Assembly (NCBI GenBank): GCA_051530055.1
Contig: CM121341.1
Span: 14,052,784 to 14,116,783 of the forward strand
Direction of reading: 5' to 3'
Length of the DNA stretch: 64,000 bases
From: Neoechinorhynchus agilis
Lineage: Eukaryota; Animalia; Acanthocephala
The translations under genes and the position numbers were made by a program. The first letter of the stretch is position 1. Each line of letters starts with the position of its first letter. Under the pieces are notes generated by a model. The model was given only the letters and a program-made list of their open reading frames with translations, did no database searches and was not told the origin of the DNA. Positions 22,780 through 36,540 of this stretch are shown here, one piece after another.

Positions 22780-25700
22780 CCAACTAATACCAATGTTTTC
22801 GCAACCACCTAGTGTTGCGACGGAGGATGGCATACGGCAATCCAACTCACTGAAAATTAGGGTACCTCCGGACATACGGAGGCACCTTCTCAGTGATCGT
22901 TCAGAGGGTGACACACGGCCACCCACAAAGCTTCAAACTTCATCTTCAATAGGTGATACACACAAAATTATATACTTCGATCGGCCCGTTAAAAAGGACG
23001 ATTACGTAACCAAAATATCTGCGATTCCAATCGCATCAAAGGAAGCCACCTGGGGATGTTTCCTCAAACCATGGCTGAACACAAAGAAGGATAGTATACT
23101 AAGAATCAGATCAACTTCATTCTGGAATGGTACTTTAAAAATTGTCTTCGTCAACAAAACTGAAATGGACGACTTCGAATCCTTTGTGAAGGGTCGGCAC
23201 GACGAAAAAAATTTCAACATTCAATCCTTCCGAAACAAAGCAACTTTCATTGCTCACAACATTGGGAATTTATCTTCGCCTGATAAGATTCAAGACTTTG
23301 AGAAACAATTTCACCTAAAGTTTAAATTTTTCTTCAAATCCAGGAAGACGGGAAAGGCAATTCCAGTGGGAATAGTTGAAACCGACATGGATCAAATGGA
23401 AACTCTTTGCTCCCGCAAATGGATATTCCAGTGTATGGAAATCACATTCACAAAAAATTCAAATACAGAATCAAATCTCGTGTACCCACATTGCAACATA
23501 TGCCTACAGTGGGGACACTGGAATCAAAACTGTCCCAATAGAATCCCAAAAATGTTGCTTCTGTGCTGAGGATCACCACATGTCCTCGTGCACAAATAAA
23601 ACAAGCAAATGTGCCAATTATGGTGGATCGCACCGAAGTTATTATAAAGGATGTTCATGCTTTAAAGCTTACGTGGAGGCCTGGAAAACGGACTCCGAAT
23701 TAAAAAGAAATTCGAACAATATAAAGATCGCCCCATCAACACCCTCCTATCATACGAGTAAGATTACGGTTTCGAATAACGCCGGACCTCCATCCCAACC
23801 CGTCTGTAATGAAGAGGAGATATGCCAAAGAATCTTTGACAAAGTCCTACATGAAGTTACTCATCGGATATCAACACTTTTCAACAGCCTGCAGAAACAA
23901 ATCGCTCAACAAATACAAAATTTACTCGCCATCACGATTCCGAATGCGATTATAAATCCGACACCGAATAACAATAACCTAGCAGCACCAGATTCGCATA
24001 AGGTCAGCAGTAACCCACCTGCAACGGCCAATCCATACAGGGGAAAGAGACAACCGACTAAAGCTAGTAAAGCAGGTGGAAAAAACTTTCGTCGCTCGAT
24101 AAATGAAGGAAATAACAAATTCATCACTAGCGACTCTGACGCTGTGATGGATGTTGTAGAATAACGATGAGTTGGTCCTCGCCAACGCCGCTTAACCTGC
24201 ACTGCTTACAATGGAATTCGGGTGGAGCCGCGGCTCTAAACAGGTTTGATATTTTTACTTACATCACAGAAGATGTTATCTGTATTCAAGAGGCCAAAAG
24301 GCTGCAGTAGGATCCTATGTTTTACCACAAGCATTTTTTCTAAAATACGATGTTTTCCCAACATTTCCGTTGAATCATTACTGTAGCGGTCTCTTAACAA
24401 TCTTTAAAAACATCTTTCAGCGTCGCTGATCCAAAATTACATTAGTGAAAATCTTTCCTATGCCATTTTTAAAATTCACGCGAACGGAAAGGCTGATTGG
24501 CAACATTTACGTACGTCCTAAATTTATGCATAAGAAAGATACGAAGGACATCATTTGTAACCTTTTAAGCTTGGGCAACATCTTTTTATTTGGTGATTTG
24601 AACGACCCTACAGGAAAATGGACGAAAACTATAGCAAATAGAGAGGGCTCTCATGTATTTTTAACACCCACCCAACCCACATTTCACAGGATATCGAGTA
24701 ATGTTCATTCTTGGTTGGATGGATGCTATGTCCCATCCAACCGACAGGAAAGCATTACAGTTGCAAAACAATGCGATTTGTCGGAAGTATGCTATCATGA
24801 TCTGATAACATGGTACTTATCCAGCGACAAGTCTTTAAGCCGCAGATTCCGGTTTTCGCCCATTAACGTAGCTTTTTTCAATTTCGCCATTAAACGCTCC
24901 CTTCACGAATTTCTGAATCTCCAGGACTGGAATTCTTTACTTTTTAATTTCTCGAACAAATTTCTATCTATCCCCAATCATTTTTCAAGAGGAGTAGTTA
25001 CCTCCAACTATCTTAGATACTGTGCATCCCAAATTATAAAAGCTAATACACATCAGGATGCTCCTATGCAAAAACTTTGGTCAAATAAATACTGGGCTTC
25101 TGCAACGAGAGCTATCTATGACTCCCTATGTCAAAATTTTAGGTATCGCTGCCTCATTTCATTCGATTTCACCGCAGCATATGACAACATTGATCTGCAA
25201 TTTTTAATGCACTACATGGTCCTTCTCAACTTCCCACAGGATATTGTAGTTCGTATCAGAGATATTCTAGCCACCAAATAATTTTACCTCGAGGACGACG
25301 AGGATCATAAAATCTTCTATCCTAAAAAAGGTTTACCGCAGGGCTCCCCTCTATCCCCTATTTTATTTCTAATAGCTATGCAATTTATAGCCAATTTTTA
25401 TAAGGACGGTGTTAACATTTTTATATACGCTGACGATATAAGTGCAGTTTTATTTACCAATAACCCCTGGGAATTACCTATATTACTGAAGGAATTGTTA
25501 GCTTTTTTCAATAGAAATGCAGCACATATGGGCATCGGGCTGAACCTTAACAAAGCCAATATTATGGATGTAGCTGGCAGCAATTATGTTAATAAGAAAC
25601 TTAATTTAATAATTAAAAATCAATTTTTACGTATTTTATATCGAACTAACAACGTTGGTAATTTACATTTTAATAAAATTAAAATTTTAGGTTACAATTT

Positions 25701-25850
25701 GAACGCAAAATTGAATGAAAATTTAGAAATGAAACATTTTAAAAGAATTTTAAAAACTTCCAAACTTTACTGTACAAGAGCGTTGAGGCTGCAACTGAGC
25801 TACGTTGAGACGGGCAGTCTTGTTTCGAACAGGCGATGAAGCTTTGTTTT
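22780..25850 (+). mobile_element. Two-ORF LINE (family C): gag-like ORF1 with CCHC knuckles, ORF2 APE-RT; decayed
   Basis: ORF1 CNICLQWGHWNQNC and CFCAEDHHMSSC, stop at 24164. ORF2 from 24167: LQWNSGG...ICIQE, GDLN, SFDFTAAYD, GLPQGSPLSPILF, YADD. Frameshifts plus an in-frame TAA at 25279. Confidence 0.85.
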
Positions 25851-26899
25851 ACTCTTATCTCTTTTGTAATTGTCGAGAGGAGAAATAGGCTGAGCGTTGA
25901 CGATGGGCTAAGCGTTGTTAAAAAGAGCTAGAGAATAAACGTGATTTGTTTCATTAATTTATCAAGAAATGTTCTTGTGCTTTCATTTTTCGCTTAATGG
26001 CTATTATCGCAAAATTAGAATAATGTTCATTTTATTCAGGTCAATCGTTTAGCATGTCAATTACAGTAGCTCTTTTAGCAGCGATTCTATGGAGGAAAAT
26101 CTGCGCTTAAAAATTAGTATAAAATAAGTGATTGATGGATTTCTTAAAACTCGGCATTGTATTCACTTTCTCTTAGACTACTCACGTGTCGCGCTGATTC
26201 CACACGCGAGAATCCTTTATGCTTTCTCGTGGCAGTTCGTCCTATTTTTAGGGTTTCTCGCAAAATTATTTTAGCTGTTAAACTTCAATAATTTTTTCTA
26301 AAGTGGCTCGTATTTTCACGAAAACTTATTGATTTAACGATTGCTCCTGTAATAACTACCAGCATCTAAAATTTTAGAATCTTGTCCGAGTTGTCTTCGG
26401 AAAATCGTCGTTCCTCTCAATATTCAACAAAAAAATAATACAATAAATACATCGTAATTATATTTTAACCCCCGATTCTCTTACTTTTTAAGAGGATGGA
26501 CAAGATAACGCTTCTAAGAAGTGCGCATTCTACTTTAAGTCTCATTGGTTGCAAGATTATGCTTACAATGACTCGTTTTTCGAGGTAAATAACATATTTC
26601 AGTGCGATTTGTCGAGGCTGTACCTAGCAAAAATACAGCTCTAGCTACACATTTTTTGAGCTGCGCAAATGAAAGTTGAGCTTGAAGATAAGCATATAGA
26701 TTTGGTTTTTCAATCAATCATCCCTAAGCGTGCTTTTTATCGATTTTTTTAAAACGTTTGAGATATTCGCAACTGGATTGCACGCTCGCAGTAACTTTCT
26801 AGCTCAATGTTTACCTTAATTTATCTTGTTTCAATTCTGCTAATTAATTTAATTATAAAATCATCTCATGCTTTTAAATGCTACCCTTGATTTTGTGCA

Positions 26900-29830
26900 T
26901 TATTTATTTATTTTTACAATAATTTATTTTTTTATTAAAAAACTCAATCGTACTTCACCGTCCCCAAGACGCTCGCTGCGTTTCCTCGCTGGATAGCCAA
27001 GGATATGTTCTGCACTAGGAACGAACGAGCCCTCCTGTCATTGGTCGAGTTGATCAGTCGATGCCCCAGTTCGAAAACAAAACTCCTCGCCGCACGTCCG
27101 AAAGCTCCTAAGGTTTCCACTGCGAAGGGGAAAAAATGATGAGAATTCGTACAATCAGCGTATTTTGCAACCTTACGGAGCTCAGCTGCTGATGTGGCTC
27201 CCCCAGCCCCAGAGGATGCATCTCGCAGATTGCTGGCTGCAAGGGAGTCGACGCATGTTGCGTCCCATAGGAGACATCTCCCCCTGCTCCAAGGAAAAAC
27301 GGTAACTCAGTCCGGCCTACGCCCATCGATCCTGCAGATGTTGCTAGGCTCGAGGATATTCGGAGAGTTAGCCGTTTTCAAAGCGCGGCTCAGCAATGCG
27401 TTTATTTCGGCGTGTCTAGCAAAACGGCCACTTGAGCGTTTACAGGCTAATCCGTGCCTGCCCGAGGGGTCAACTTCCGTCCCGCATCGGCAGGTGTGAG
27501 GGATACAAACCGGGAGCCCGAGCCCCAGAGACACTGCGATTCTGAGAGCCTCGCCGTCTAATCTCGAACCGAGATTTGCTGATGGTACAGCTTTCAACAA
27601 GGCACCGGACTGTTTGCAGGAAACTGCAGTTAATCGCGTTCTATCCACGTCGGAGAGCGAGTCAAAAAGTGAGGTGTGAACACGCTCCACTAACGGAATG
27701 TCCCACGATTTCTGTTTTTCCGGGAGGTCTGGAATCTTGTCGAGGTTAGACAGACACATCCAAAGATGAAGAGCGGGCTCCAGGCTGATGTCCTCCTCAA
27801 AATTATGTCTCAAAATCAATCTGGAAAGGCGCTTGGACCTACTAAGAGACGATGGAAAGGCTGGAAGCGCAATGGCTGAGCTGGCACGAATACCGATCCC
27901 TCCGCAGCTTGTGGGCAAAGATGCCTGGGTCCAGCCAGTGTCGGGGAGCATAATATTAAGGATCTTACATAGACCATCCCTTAAAGAACCATCAATCTCT
28001 TTCAATTCGGGCTGACATTGAAAGGAAGGGGTTGACCGCAGTTTATGGAGGATGCGTGGAATGAAGATGCAATTTTTTAAAAGGAAGAGAGCATCGTGAG
28101 GGGAAAGTTCAGAGGCCCTTGAACAGATGAGATCAATGGAAGATCTGATTTTCCTGATCTCGGCCTGCATATTCTCCTCGAGAACGCAGCTTCCCAGCAG
28201 TTCTAAGCTGGACTTGGTGATAAGTCGGATATTAGGTGCGGCCTTTTCAAACTCTCTCAAAATTTGTGCGCGTTCCTCGTCCCCACAATTCAAAACCAAA
28301 ATTTCGCACTTGCTTGGGTTCAGTTTGAGGCCAATTTTTTACATTCTTCTAAAAGAACCGTTAAATCTTGTAGGACTTCAGACGGGGAACCTCCTAGAGT
28401 AGCGTCATCCAGATACCAGGCGTTGCATGGTGATCGAAGAGATTGCGCCAGATTGTTTGTCGTCAGAGCAAAACCTAAAGGCCCCAGAGGGTCCCCTTGC
28501 TGCACACCCGATTGAAACCAGATCAGTTCATTATTATATACGAGCGGGGTGTGAGAGCAATATGCTAACTGAAAGTAGGGGAGAAGCTCTGGAATAGTGT
28601 TTCCGACTGTTGAGATTAAGATGCCTCGATCGATAGTGTTGAAGGCATTTGCGAAATCGCACTTCAGGATTACCTGAACGCCCCTACCAGAATTAATAAA
28701 AGAACGCAGCGCGTGGACTATAGCCTCTGCTCCACAAGGAGAGCAACATCCGAGCTGGACGGGCCTAAGGATCTGGCCTGCTTTTTCCGCGACCCTTTTT
28801 GACAGAATCTTTCCGGTGAGACGGCGAAGGGTAGTTCCGATTGCTATGGGACGAATCCCACCGTCCTTCTTATTAAGGGCAGTGGTAATTGTGTCCCCCG
28901 CAAAAGTATCCGTTGATGAGAGAAGGCGCACGGCTCCACGGATGTCGCCGTCGGACAACTTGGCCGATACGCGTTCTCCTAAGCGTCTAGATGAAAAACG
29001 ACGAGAACCTTCAGATTTCGTCGAAAAGGATGTTGGATCCTCGGCAGATTTGAGCACAGCGAGGAAATTATCAGGGAAGTTGGCGACTCTGGACTTGACA
29101 ATTGATGTCAAGGATTCCTCTGAGGACTCACCGGCGAATAATACGAGTCGAGGGAAGGCGAACAAACGCATCCGGGATATTGCGCTATTATTACAGACAC
29201 ATTCATTTAAAAGGTCCGCAAATGCGGAACCTACTTGATACCGGGCGCCTTTAGGAATTCGTTTGAGGACGTGATTGGGAAGGACACGAAAAAGTTTCGC
29301 AATTAAGGGAAGATTTTGTGAATCAAAGTCAAGTTCACAATTTGGTAGGGGAAGAGCTGATATCTTCAGGAGACATGCCCGACCCTTCGCAGCGTGAAGA
29401 ACGGGGACCGTGAACATGGAGGAGACCTAATTTCGTGACTCTGACTACTTTTGAGCAGATCTTACACAAACCTGTGGAAACCTTGGAGGCGGACGTAGCA
29501 TCGATGCCGGAAGAAGTAGGTTCGCAAAAAGACATTCTCCAGTACGAGCGTCAGTGAGTTTGTGTGTGTCCTTTGGATTGTTTTGGGTTGAATAATTGCT
29601 TGTAAGTTTTGCTTTCGGAAATTGGGTAATAGATTGTCTTGTTTGCAAGTGTTTACGAGGTTGGAGTTTCGTTCAGTTGTTTGCAAGTGTTAACTTTTTT
29701 GAAAGAGCCGCGGTTTAGTATTTGGACTTGCTTGTGGCTTGTAAGTTCGCTTTTAGGTGACTGATGAGGTGAGATTTCCTTGTATGCAAGTTTTTTCATG
29801 TAAAATCAGCGATTATTACCGTTGAGCTAG
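26900..29830 (-). mobile_element. Near full-length CRE-like non-LTR element (zinc finger + RT + RLE), decayed
   Basis: ATG at 29535 with CKICSK...HVHG..RC.GS. RT GGIRPIAIG, DFANAFN, GVQQGDPLGP, YLDD. RLE CRCG...GRHGLAC...RH...EP...DGRRPD...AIQRGNAASV, stop at 26944. AATAAA and A-rich tail. Confidence 0.9.
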
Positions 29831-31460
29831 ATTTCTTTGCAGCGACCAATTGACACATATACATTCATTGTAATTTTTGTTTCGTTTGATTGACATAAAT
29901 TGAGGCACCGAACAAAGCCAAGTGTCGGATTGATATAATCCCTTGGTCTTTATTCTTGCCTCATGTTCATCGGAATCGTAAAAGCATGCGCAATTAGACA
30001 TTCAATATAGCGCAAATATCATAAAAATAATCGTCTTGCATCTCTTTCTGTTAGGAAGCCGATTAATTTGAAAAATATATCACTTTCTGCTGATAACAGC
30101 TTGTGTATTCGGCTCCGTACCGAATTGCAGTCCAAGTTATTCGAATCTTTTGAACACAGAACTCTAAAGACTGAGTTCCCCATCTTCACGTACTTACACG
30201 TATTCAGAAAAGGGGAGTAGAACAATATTTTGGGTAAAAATAATTTGTTTAAAAAAGACTGTAGAGGATCGCCATCGAATTTCAATTTCAAAAATATTTT
30301 ATTTAATTTAAAAATAAAGATTTCAAAAACCTCCGTTCCGGAGGTCTGCCGCGTGCGAAAAAGCACAAAGACCCTCCTATGATGCTTTTGAGCAGTCGTA
30401 ATAGAATTGGAATAGGCACTAGAAGATACCTTGAGCGCTTTATGAGTGATTTAATTTCTTAAAAACTGCTTTTCAAAGAGGTGTTAATAAAAATTCAGTT
30501 TTTAGTTGAATGGAAATCAATTCCCAACACACGAGAGTGTCTCTTAATTGTAAACGTTTTGTCAAATGGAGATGTGGTACATAAGAGAGCCAGCGATTTC
30601 CTTGATCCAACAGACTTGGTAAGAGGAATTATAAAAGATTTATTAAGATTTAAGATAAGATTGCCTTTTGATAATGCAGAAGATGGATCGACTTCATAAA
30701 AAAAGGATTTTGATTCTATTAAATGCTGGGTTTGGTAAACAAATATTAAGAGGAATCTTGTAAAAGGTAAGGGCTTCATATAAGAAAGTTCTGCCCAAGG
30801 CATCAAAAGCCTTATTCAAATCGAGCTGGATCATAACTTTGTTTGTATTATAAGCCGCATTTAAGTCGTGTAACTCTGTAGAAGGGAATGAACTCCCCGC
30901 CGGCGTACAAATCCATGAAAATATTTAGGGATTATGCGTCGTTTTTCTAAGAAATCCAACAATTCATAGTTAATGATTCTCTCCAGACAGGATATGATGG
31001 GATTCTGAATCGCAATTATTCTAATATGACTGGGCGAGTAACACATCCCTTGGATTTAGGGATAAAAACTTTCTTTACAACATTTATTTTTAACAAATCC
31101 GCAAAGTTAAGTTTAGATTCAATAAATTTGTTGGAAAAAGCTGATCTATTATCAGGATTGATTCCAGAAAAAATATTAGGGAAAACAGAAAAGTCATTGT
31201 GTGCGGTAAAAGAAAATTGAAGCAAATTTCGTATTAAATGATTTTTTTATGTTGTATTCGATATTATTTTGGAGTCCTTTGGGGTTCAGATATTTCTGGA
31301 AAAAGGTTTTTGATAGGGATGAAGGGGTGTGGATTCCCATGTCTTCTTTTGCAACTTTAATCATATAGTTCTCTTTACGAATGGGGCGGTCTAAACTTTT
31401 GGGAATGACAGCTGAGGGGTAGAAAGGCTTTGAGGGAGTAAAACGGGGCACAATCACTCA
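29830..31460 (-). mobile_element. Heavily decayed non-LTR RT remnant
   Basis: VVKKVFIPKSKG, RIIAIQNPIISCLERII, HGFVRRRG, LDLNKAFDA, NLILNLNKS, RVLGIDF. Confidence 0.6.
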
Positions 31461-31789
31461 AAACTTCACTTACCCGCGGAGGGGGGGGTTAACCAAACTA
31501 ATTTGGGAGCCTCTCGGCATCCCATCAGGGGGGTCCGGTGTTTTTGAGACATCTTCGTCATCGACTTCCGTCGATTCACAAGGACCTCCAGCTCTATCGT
31601 CAGGAGAATCCGGATCTTGCAAAAGTACCTTATTTTGCGGAGCGCAATTTTTTTAACACAAAAACCGCGCATGTCCAAATGTCCATTAAAAAATATTTTG
31701 TATGACGATGCAATGCGAATATTTGCAGTCGAATGAAACTAAATAAATAAATCAGTGTTTAATAATTTAAGATTCATAACTCGTTAATT

Positions 31790-32310
31790 TCAGATTCTCG
31801 TGACCTGGTGAACCGAATTCGATTGGCGGCAGTCGCTACAAGAGAATCGGGTGCTTGATTCAACGCAATCCCAATCGCTTCTGTGGGATTACCGATGTGC
31901 ACATCCCGTCGCTGCCGTTGTGAAGCGACTGTTGAACCACCGTGGCGCCATGGTATCGGCTGTCGGCAATCAGGTGGGAGGAAACGTCGAAGTGAACGTA
32001 ATTCTTAGCTGTGCCCTGAATGCTGTGAAGGCGCCTAACATCCTAGAACCGAGCAATCTTTGCCGATTCGATGGCCGTAGGACGGTGTCACAGTATTCTC
32101 GTGGAGAGAAGGAAAATGCCTTCTCTGGGACGCCATTCGCAGCCAGCAACATGAAATTCGCGGCTCGCCGCTGAAGACCCCAAAAGAAACTGGGAAATCA
32201 TTATTTCGTTCCCTATGACGTCGAGACACTCGGGTGGTTTCTTACGATACGAGGGCGTGCGATGGGGTACGCTGCATCCGTCCTTTCGACCGTTACACCA
32301 GGACGGCAAC
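31790..32310 (+). mobile_element. Degenerate CRE-like RLE fragment
   Basis: NVILSCALNAVKAPNILEPSNLCRFDGRR and LAAVATRESGA-like sequence, similar to the other copies. Confidence 0.7.
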
Positions 32311-32619
32311 TGAGTGATCCAGAGCGGTAGTGTGAATGTTGGTAATCTACAAATTCTGCCAGTTTATACCTTTTATCTTGTCTGGCTGGGCGGTTACATT
32401 TTTATCCAAGTGTTAAGAACATACCTTACACGGCTGATAATTTTGTTTTTATCGCATTTTTTAGATCGACTAAACAGTCAGACTAAAGTGCGTTATTTTC
32501 CTTTTTAATCTAGGTTGCTCGTTAAACGTGATGCCACGCGTCCAGTTCACGAAAATAATGCATTGAACTAAGCTATCATTTTTAGTCATCATTAAATTAA
32601 TAGAATATCGATTATTGAT

Positions 32620-33720
32620 AACGTAATCGATTTAAATGATCATGAAGTTGAGCTTGAAGATCGAAAGGACACTTCGAGTATGCCTCGAGCGTATTTTAAA
32701 TGTCCAGCTCTCAAATGAGGCGTGGCGACAAGCTTCTTTGCCTGTGTCATCTGGGGCATTGGGAATTCGGGCACTAGTCGATCTTGCTTTGCCGGCCTTT
32801 CTTGGATCGTTTGAGGGGAGCCTACCAGTCTCGAAGAACATTTTGAAGGAAAAGTTCTGTCTCTACCGGGATTTCGTGGTGGCGGTTGAGGAATGGTGCC
32901 AGCAGACAGGCGCTAACCATGCTCCCTTGAATGGCCTCAGACAGTCGATCTGGGACGGACCTCTTGTCCCGAGAGCTCACAGCTCTTTACTTTCCGGTTC
33001 TCGCGATGGGGTCGTCCGAGCTAGACTGTTGGCAGTTTCAACACGAGAATCTGGGGCGTGGTTGGAGGCTGTTCCTCTGGCATCAGTGGGAACTCTTCTT
33101 ACTGACGAGGTAACGAGGATCGCAGTATCCTTGAGACTTGGTCTCCCGATATGCACGCCCCATCGCTGTCGATGTGGGTCTTTGTTTGATGCTTTCGGTC
33201 GACACGGTCTCGTCTGCAGAAGGTCAGCAGGAAGGTTCTCACGCCATTCTGAAATCAATAACGCAATTTCTCGTGAACGCCGAACTTCCCGAACATCCTG
33301 GAACCCGCCCACCTCTGTAGACTAGACGGCCGTAGGCCCGATGGAATTTCGGTCTTCCCGTGGCGGGAGGTCAAATGCCTTCTCTGGAATGCCACGTGTG
33401 TGGGCACCCTCGCAGTAAGCAACATCCCCTACTCCCTCGAAATCGCCGGTGGTGCTGCCAGTGCAGCGGAAGGGAGGAAAATACGGAAATATCTTCACTT
33501 ATCGAGGGCTCACTATTTTGTCCCCTTTGGGGTAGAGACGTATGGAGCGCACGGCAGCTCAGCACTCTCTCTGATCCAGGATCTCTCAAAGAAATTGAGA
33601 GAGGCAACCGGAGACTCAAGAGCAGGCGTATTCCTTCGACAAAATATCCCGATAGCAGTACAACGGGGCAATGCTGCCAGCGTGATGGCGACGGTCGAGG
33701 AAGGATAAAAGCTGGAATTC
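32620..33720 (+). mobile_element. CRE-like element, 5'-truncated (subfamily C2)
   Basis: AWRQASLPVSSGALGIR...CRCGSLFDAFGRHGLVC...SGRFSRH, FVPFGVETYGA, AVQRGNAASV. Confidence 0.9.
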
Positions 33721-33899
33721 GGCGGGATTTTCGAATATTAAAACTCGAGGAATCCGTCTTCTTAGCATTTATGGAATTGTTCAAAGCTGCAAAAGTTGTT
33801 CGAATCATTGCCTTTATCTCAATAATTTTGCACTTTCTAAAGTATTAAGAATACGCCTTCGATCTGCACTCGGGAAATACTCTTTTGAATCCTGAAAGC

Positions 33900-36540
33900 T
33901 TCATCTTTTTATCGCAAAAGGACGATTTAATGAGACTTATCTGAGTCCTCCGGGTAATATCTTTGATACAAAAGAAAAGAATCCGCAAGGTTTACATTGG
34001 TCAATGACAGGGAAATGCAAAAGCGAAAAATGTTCAGAACGAAGTCAATGATGCTGTTATCAAAAGCTTTCCTGATGTCGAATGGGATCAAAATATTCAC
34101 TGCCCGTTGAGAATTGTAGCACATGTCAATTATTGGTGTCATCGCGGTCATCAAAACCCTTTCATAAATAGAGATTGGCGCATTTTGAATGGAGATCGGC
34201 CTAATCCCAATAGCCAGTGTGAATGACTTGCCCTTCTATTTGCACAAGAAAACCCTTTTGGCTATGTAAATCCTCACCCACACTTAACGACGGGCTGACA
34301 TCATGTAACTAGCCAAGAAGTTGATATTCGTAATGTTGACCACATTGGGGGACTAAAAACAGGGCGAAATACCATTATTTGAAGTTCGATTTTTTGATCT
34401 CTACTACCTGGCGAAATCCTTCCGGCCAATGGGGAACCTGCGAGCACATCTTGGTGTATTTCGCTGGCACTGTTAGCATGCTAAGCGCCTAGAAGTGCAA
34501 TAACAATTATCTGCTTCAGTAGTCTTGATCTAGTGCGCTGCAGTTCTTTTCCAAGGATAAAAATTTCGTCGGGGACCAACGGCCAGCGACCACAGGAATA
34601 CGGTTACAAAGAATCCCAATTTCATTGTATCTTGCGCTATTTGAAAACAGGTCCTACATGGCCAGTACAGTGAAGGCGAGGATTTTATTGACCCCCTGAT
34701 CACCACTTGTCTTAACTTTATATAGCTCTAGCACAGTCGTCGCCGGTGGAACAAGTAACCACAGTCAGCAACGCATCACTGGTATTCACCATAAACTAGT
34801 TAATATCTCCAAGATCGACAAAAAGAACTAGGAATGCGTATCAAATCGACAGCCCGTTTAAAAAAGCTGAATATTGAGCCCGCTCAACTTGAATTTGCGC
34901 GATAAAAAACATTCTTGCTCAACACCCAGACAAAGATTTCATTTCCATCAATTCTGAAAGGAGAAGATTGGGCGATAAGCTTGGGTTTCAAGTGCGAGTT
35001 CTTATTGTGGTAGATGCAAAGGTCGAGGACAGAATGCGTCCGCCCATCAATGAAAATGGGTTAATAAAGCGATAAAAGGCTATGCGAGTCTCCTGACCGA
35101 AAAATGGAATTGATCTATTTCTAAGTCGAATCGTTAAAATCTCCAAAACCATAATCGCCCCCGGAAGCAAAAAGACTCTTTAAGATAAATTTGTTATGAG
35201 CTAGGTGAATCTTTTTTGGATTGGCCAGTTAGTGAATCCTCCCATGCCAACATACGAAAAATATGGCGTTCGACCGAAAAATAGATAGAAGGCCTTGTGA
35301 GTTTCTTGAAAGAGGCCGAGTGCAAAAAATTAATACTCGTCCAACATAATCCGGAAACAGGCTGGAAGATTAGCCACATCGTATAGCGAATTAGTCTCCT
35401 GGATTAGTATTATATCGCTCCTCCGTGCTTCGTAAAGCAAATTGGTCACTCCCAGGAGCCCGTCAGAGTTGCACTGTAGTATTTTCAGTTCCATTCTTAA
35501 CTACCCTTTATGAGATTGTGGACCCCTTTCTTCGATAATATCGCAGACGAAAACTTCTGCTTCCCCCATATCCACGTCTTCGTTTATATCCATCTATTCA
35601 GTCGGAACAACGATTTTACTTGGCTTGCAGGGTGTGACGAAAACTCTGTTCAATTTGTTTACGATTGACTCCATTAAAGCGGTAGGGTGAGCAGTTATTT
35701 AAAGATAAAATTTATGAGTATGTGGAAGTGGCGAAAAATTATATATCCAAGAATCACTTTAATTGAAATATTTCGTCCAATCACGCTGGACTTCTTCAGT
35801 CAATTATTGTTGGTAAGTTTTACATAGAGTGAACACTTCGTGTAAAACTTACCAACAATAATTGACTGAAGAAGTCCAGCGTGATTGAACGAAATATTTC
35901 AATTAAGGTGATTCTTCGATATATAATTTTTCTCCACTTCCACATGAGCAGTTATTTTCCTCTCCAGAGTTTGGATCGCCATGATAATCCGAAGGTCCAC
36001 CATTTAAAGAATTCTGTCAAAAAATCATGGAAACGCTTATCTAGTGCCTCTCCTATATCGGCACGTATGGGCTCGTTGTTCTGTGGATTCATCGTGACCG
36101 AAGCGGATACCCAGATCGATTCGTTCATATTCGACCTCATGGCCTTATATCTACTCCGGCTAACCGGCCTGAACTCTTGCGCATATAAAATTTGTGTTTC
36201 AAAGTTAACGATGTCAGTGATTTCAGTAAGCATCGAAGTTCCCATTATTCTGGGTAATGAAACAGGCAAGTTATGCTGATATGCACATGACAGCACTGGT
36301 TTGCTCATCGTCATTAACGGAGAAACGATTGGCGATAGCTCAATTTTCGCAGATAATGGATACAAGCGCAACGAGATCATGCGGTTCCAGCAGCGGTGTA
36401 ATTCAAGAGAGGAGAAACGGAAAGATTATCTTTCACGGAATCCATATGGAGGAAAACCGATTCTCAAGGTTCCATATATCAGTGAAAATTCACAAGCGGC
36501 GTTCGAAAAATGCTGCGACGATCGAGAAATGATGTCCCAA
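33900..36540 (-). mobile_element. Decayed two-ORF LINE (family D), ORF1 interrupted by a palindromic insert
   Basis: APE start MELKILQCNSDGLL...DIILIQET near 35487. RT KGK...IRPISIQNAPISIYERVL and FDIRKAFD at 33930-34250. Confidence 0.7.
35720..35945. repeat. Near-perfect 105-bp-arm palindrome carrying two inverted hammerhead motifs
   Basis: Arms 35720-35824 and 35841-35945, 16-nt loop. Plus-strand core CTGAAGA at 35866-35872 to GAAA at 35891-35894, with a 7-bp stem I (taattga/tcaatta). Confidence 0.88.

Noticed and set aside
29761-29790. CTGATGAG hammerhead core
   Set aside because: No complementary stem II or GAAA follows.
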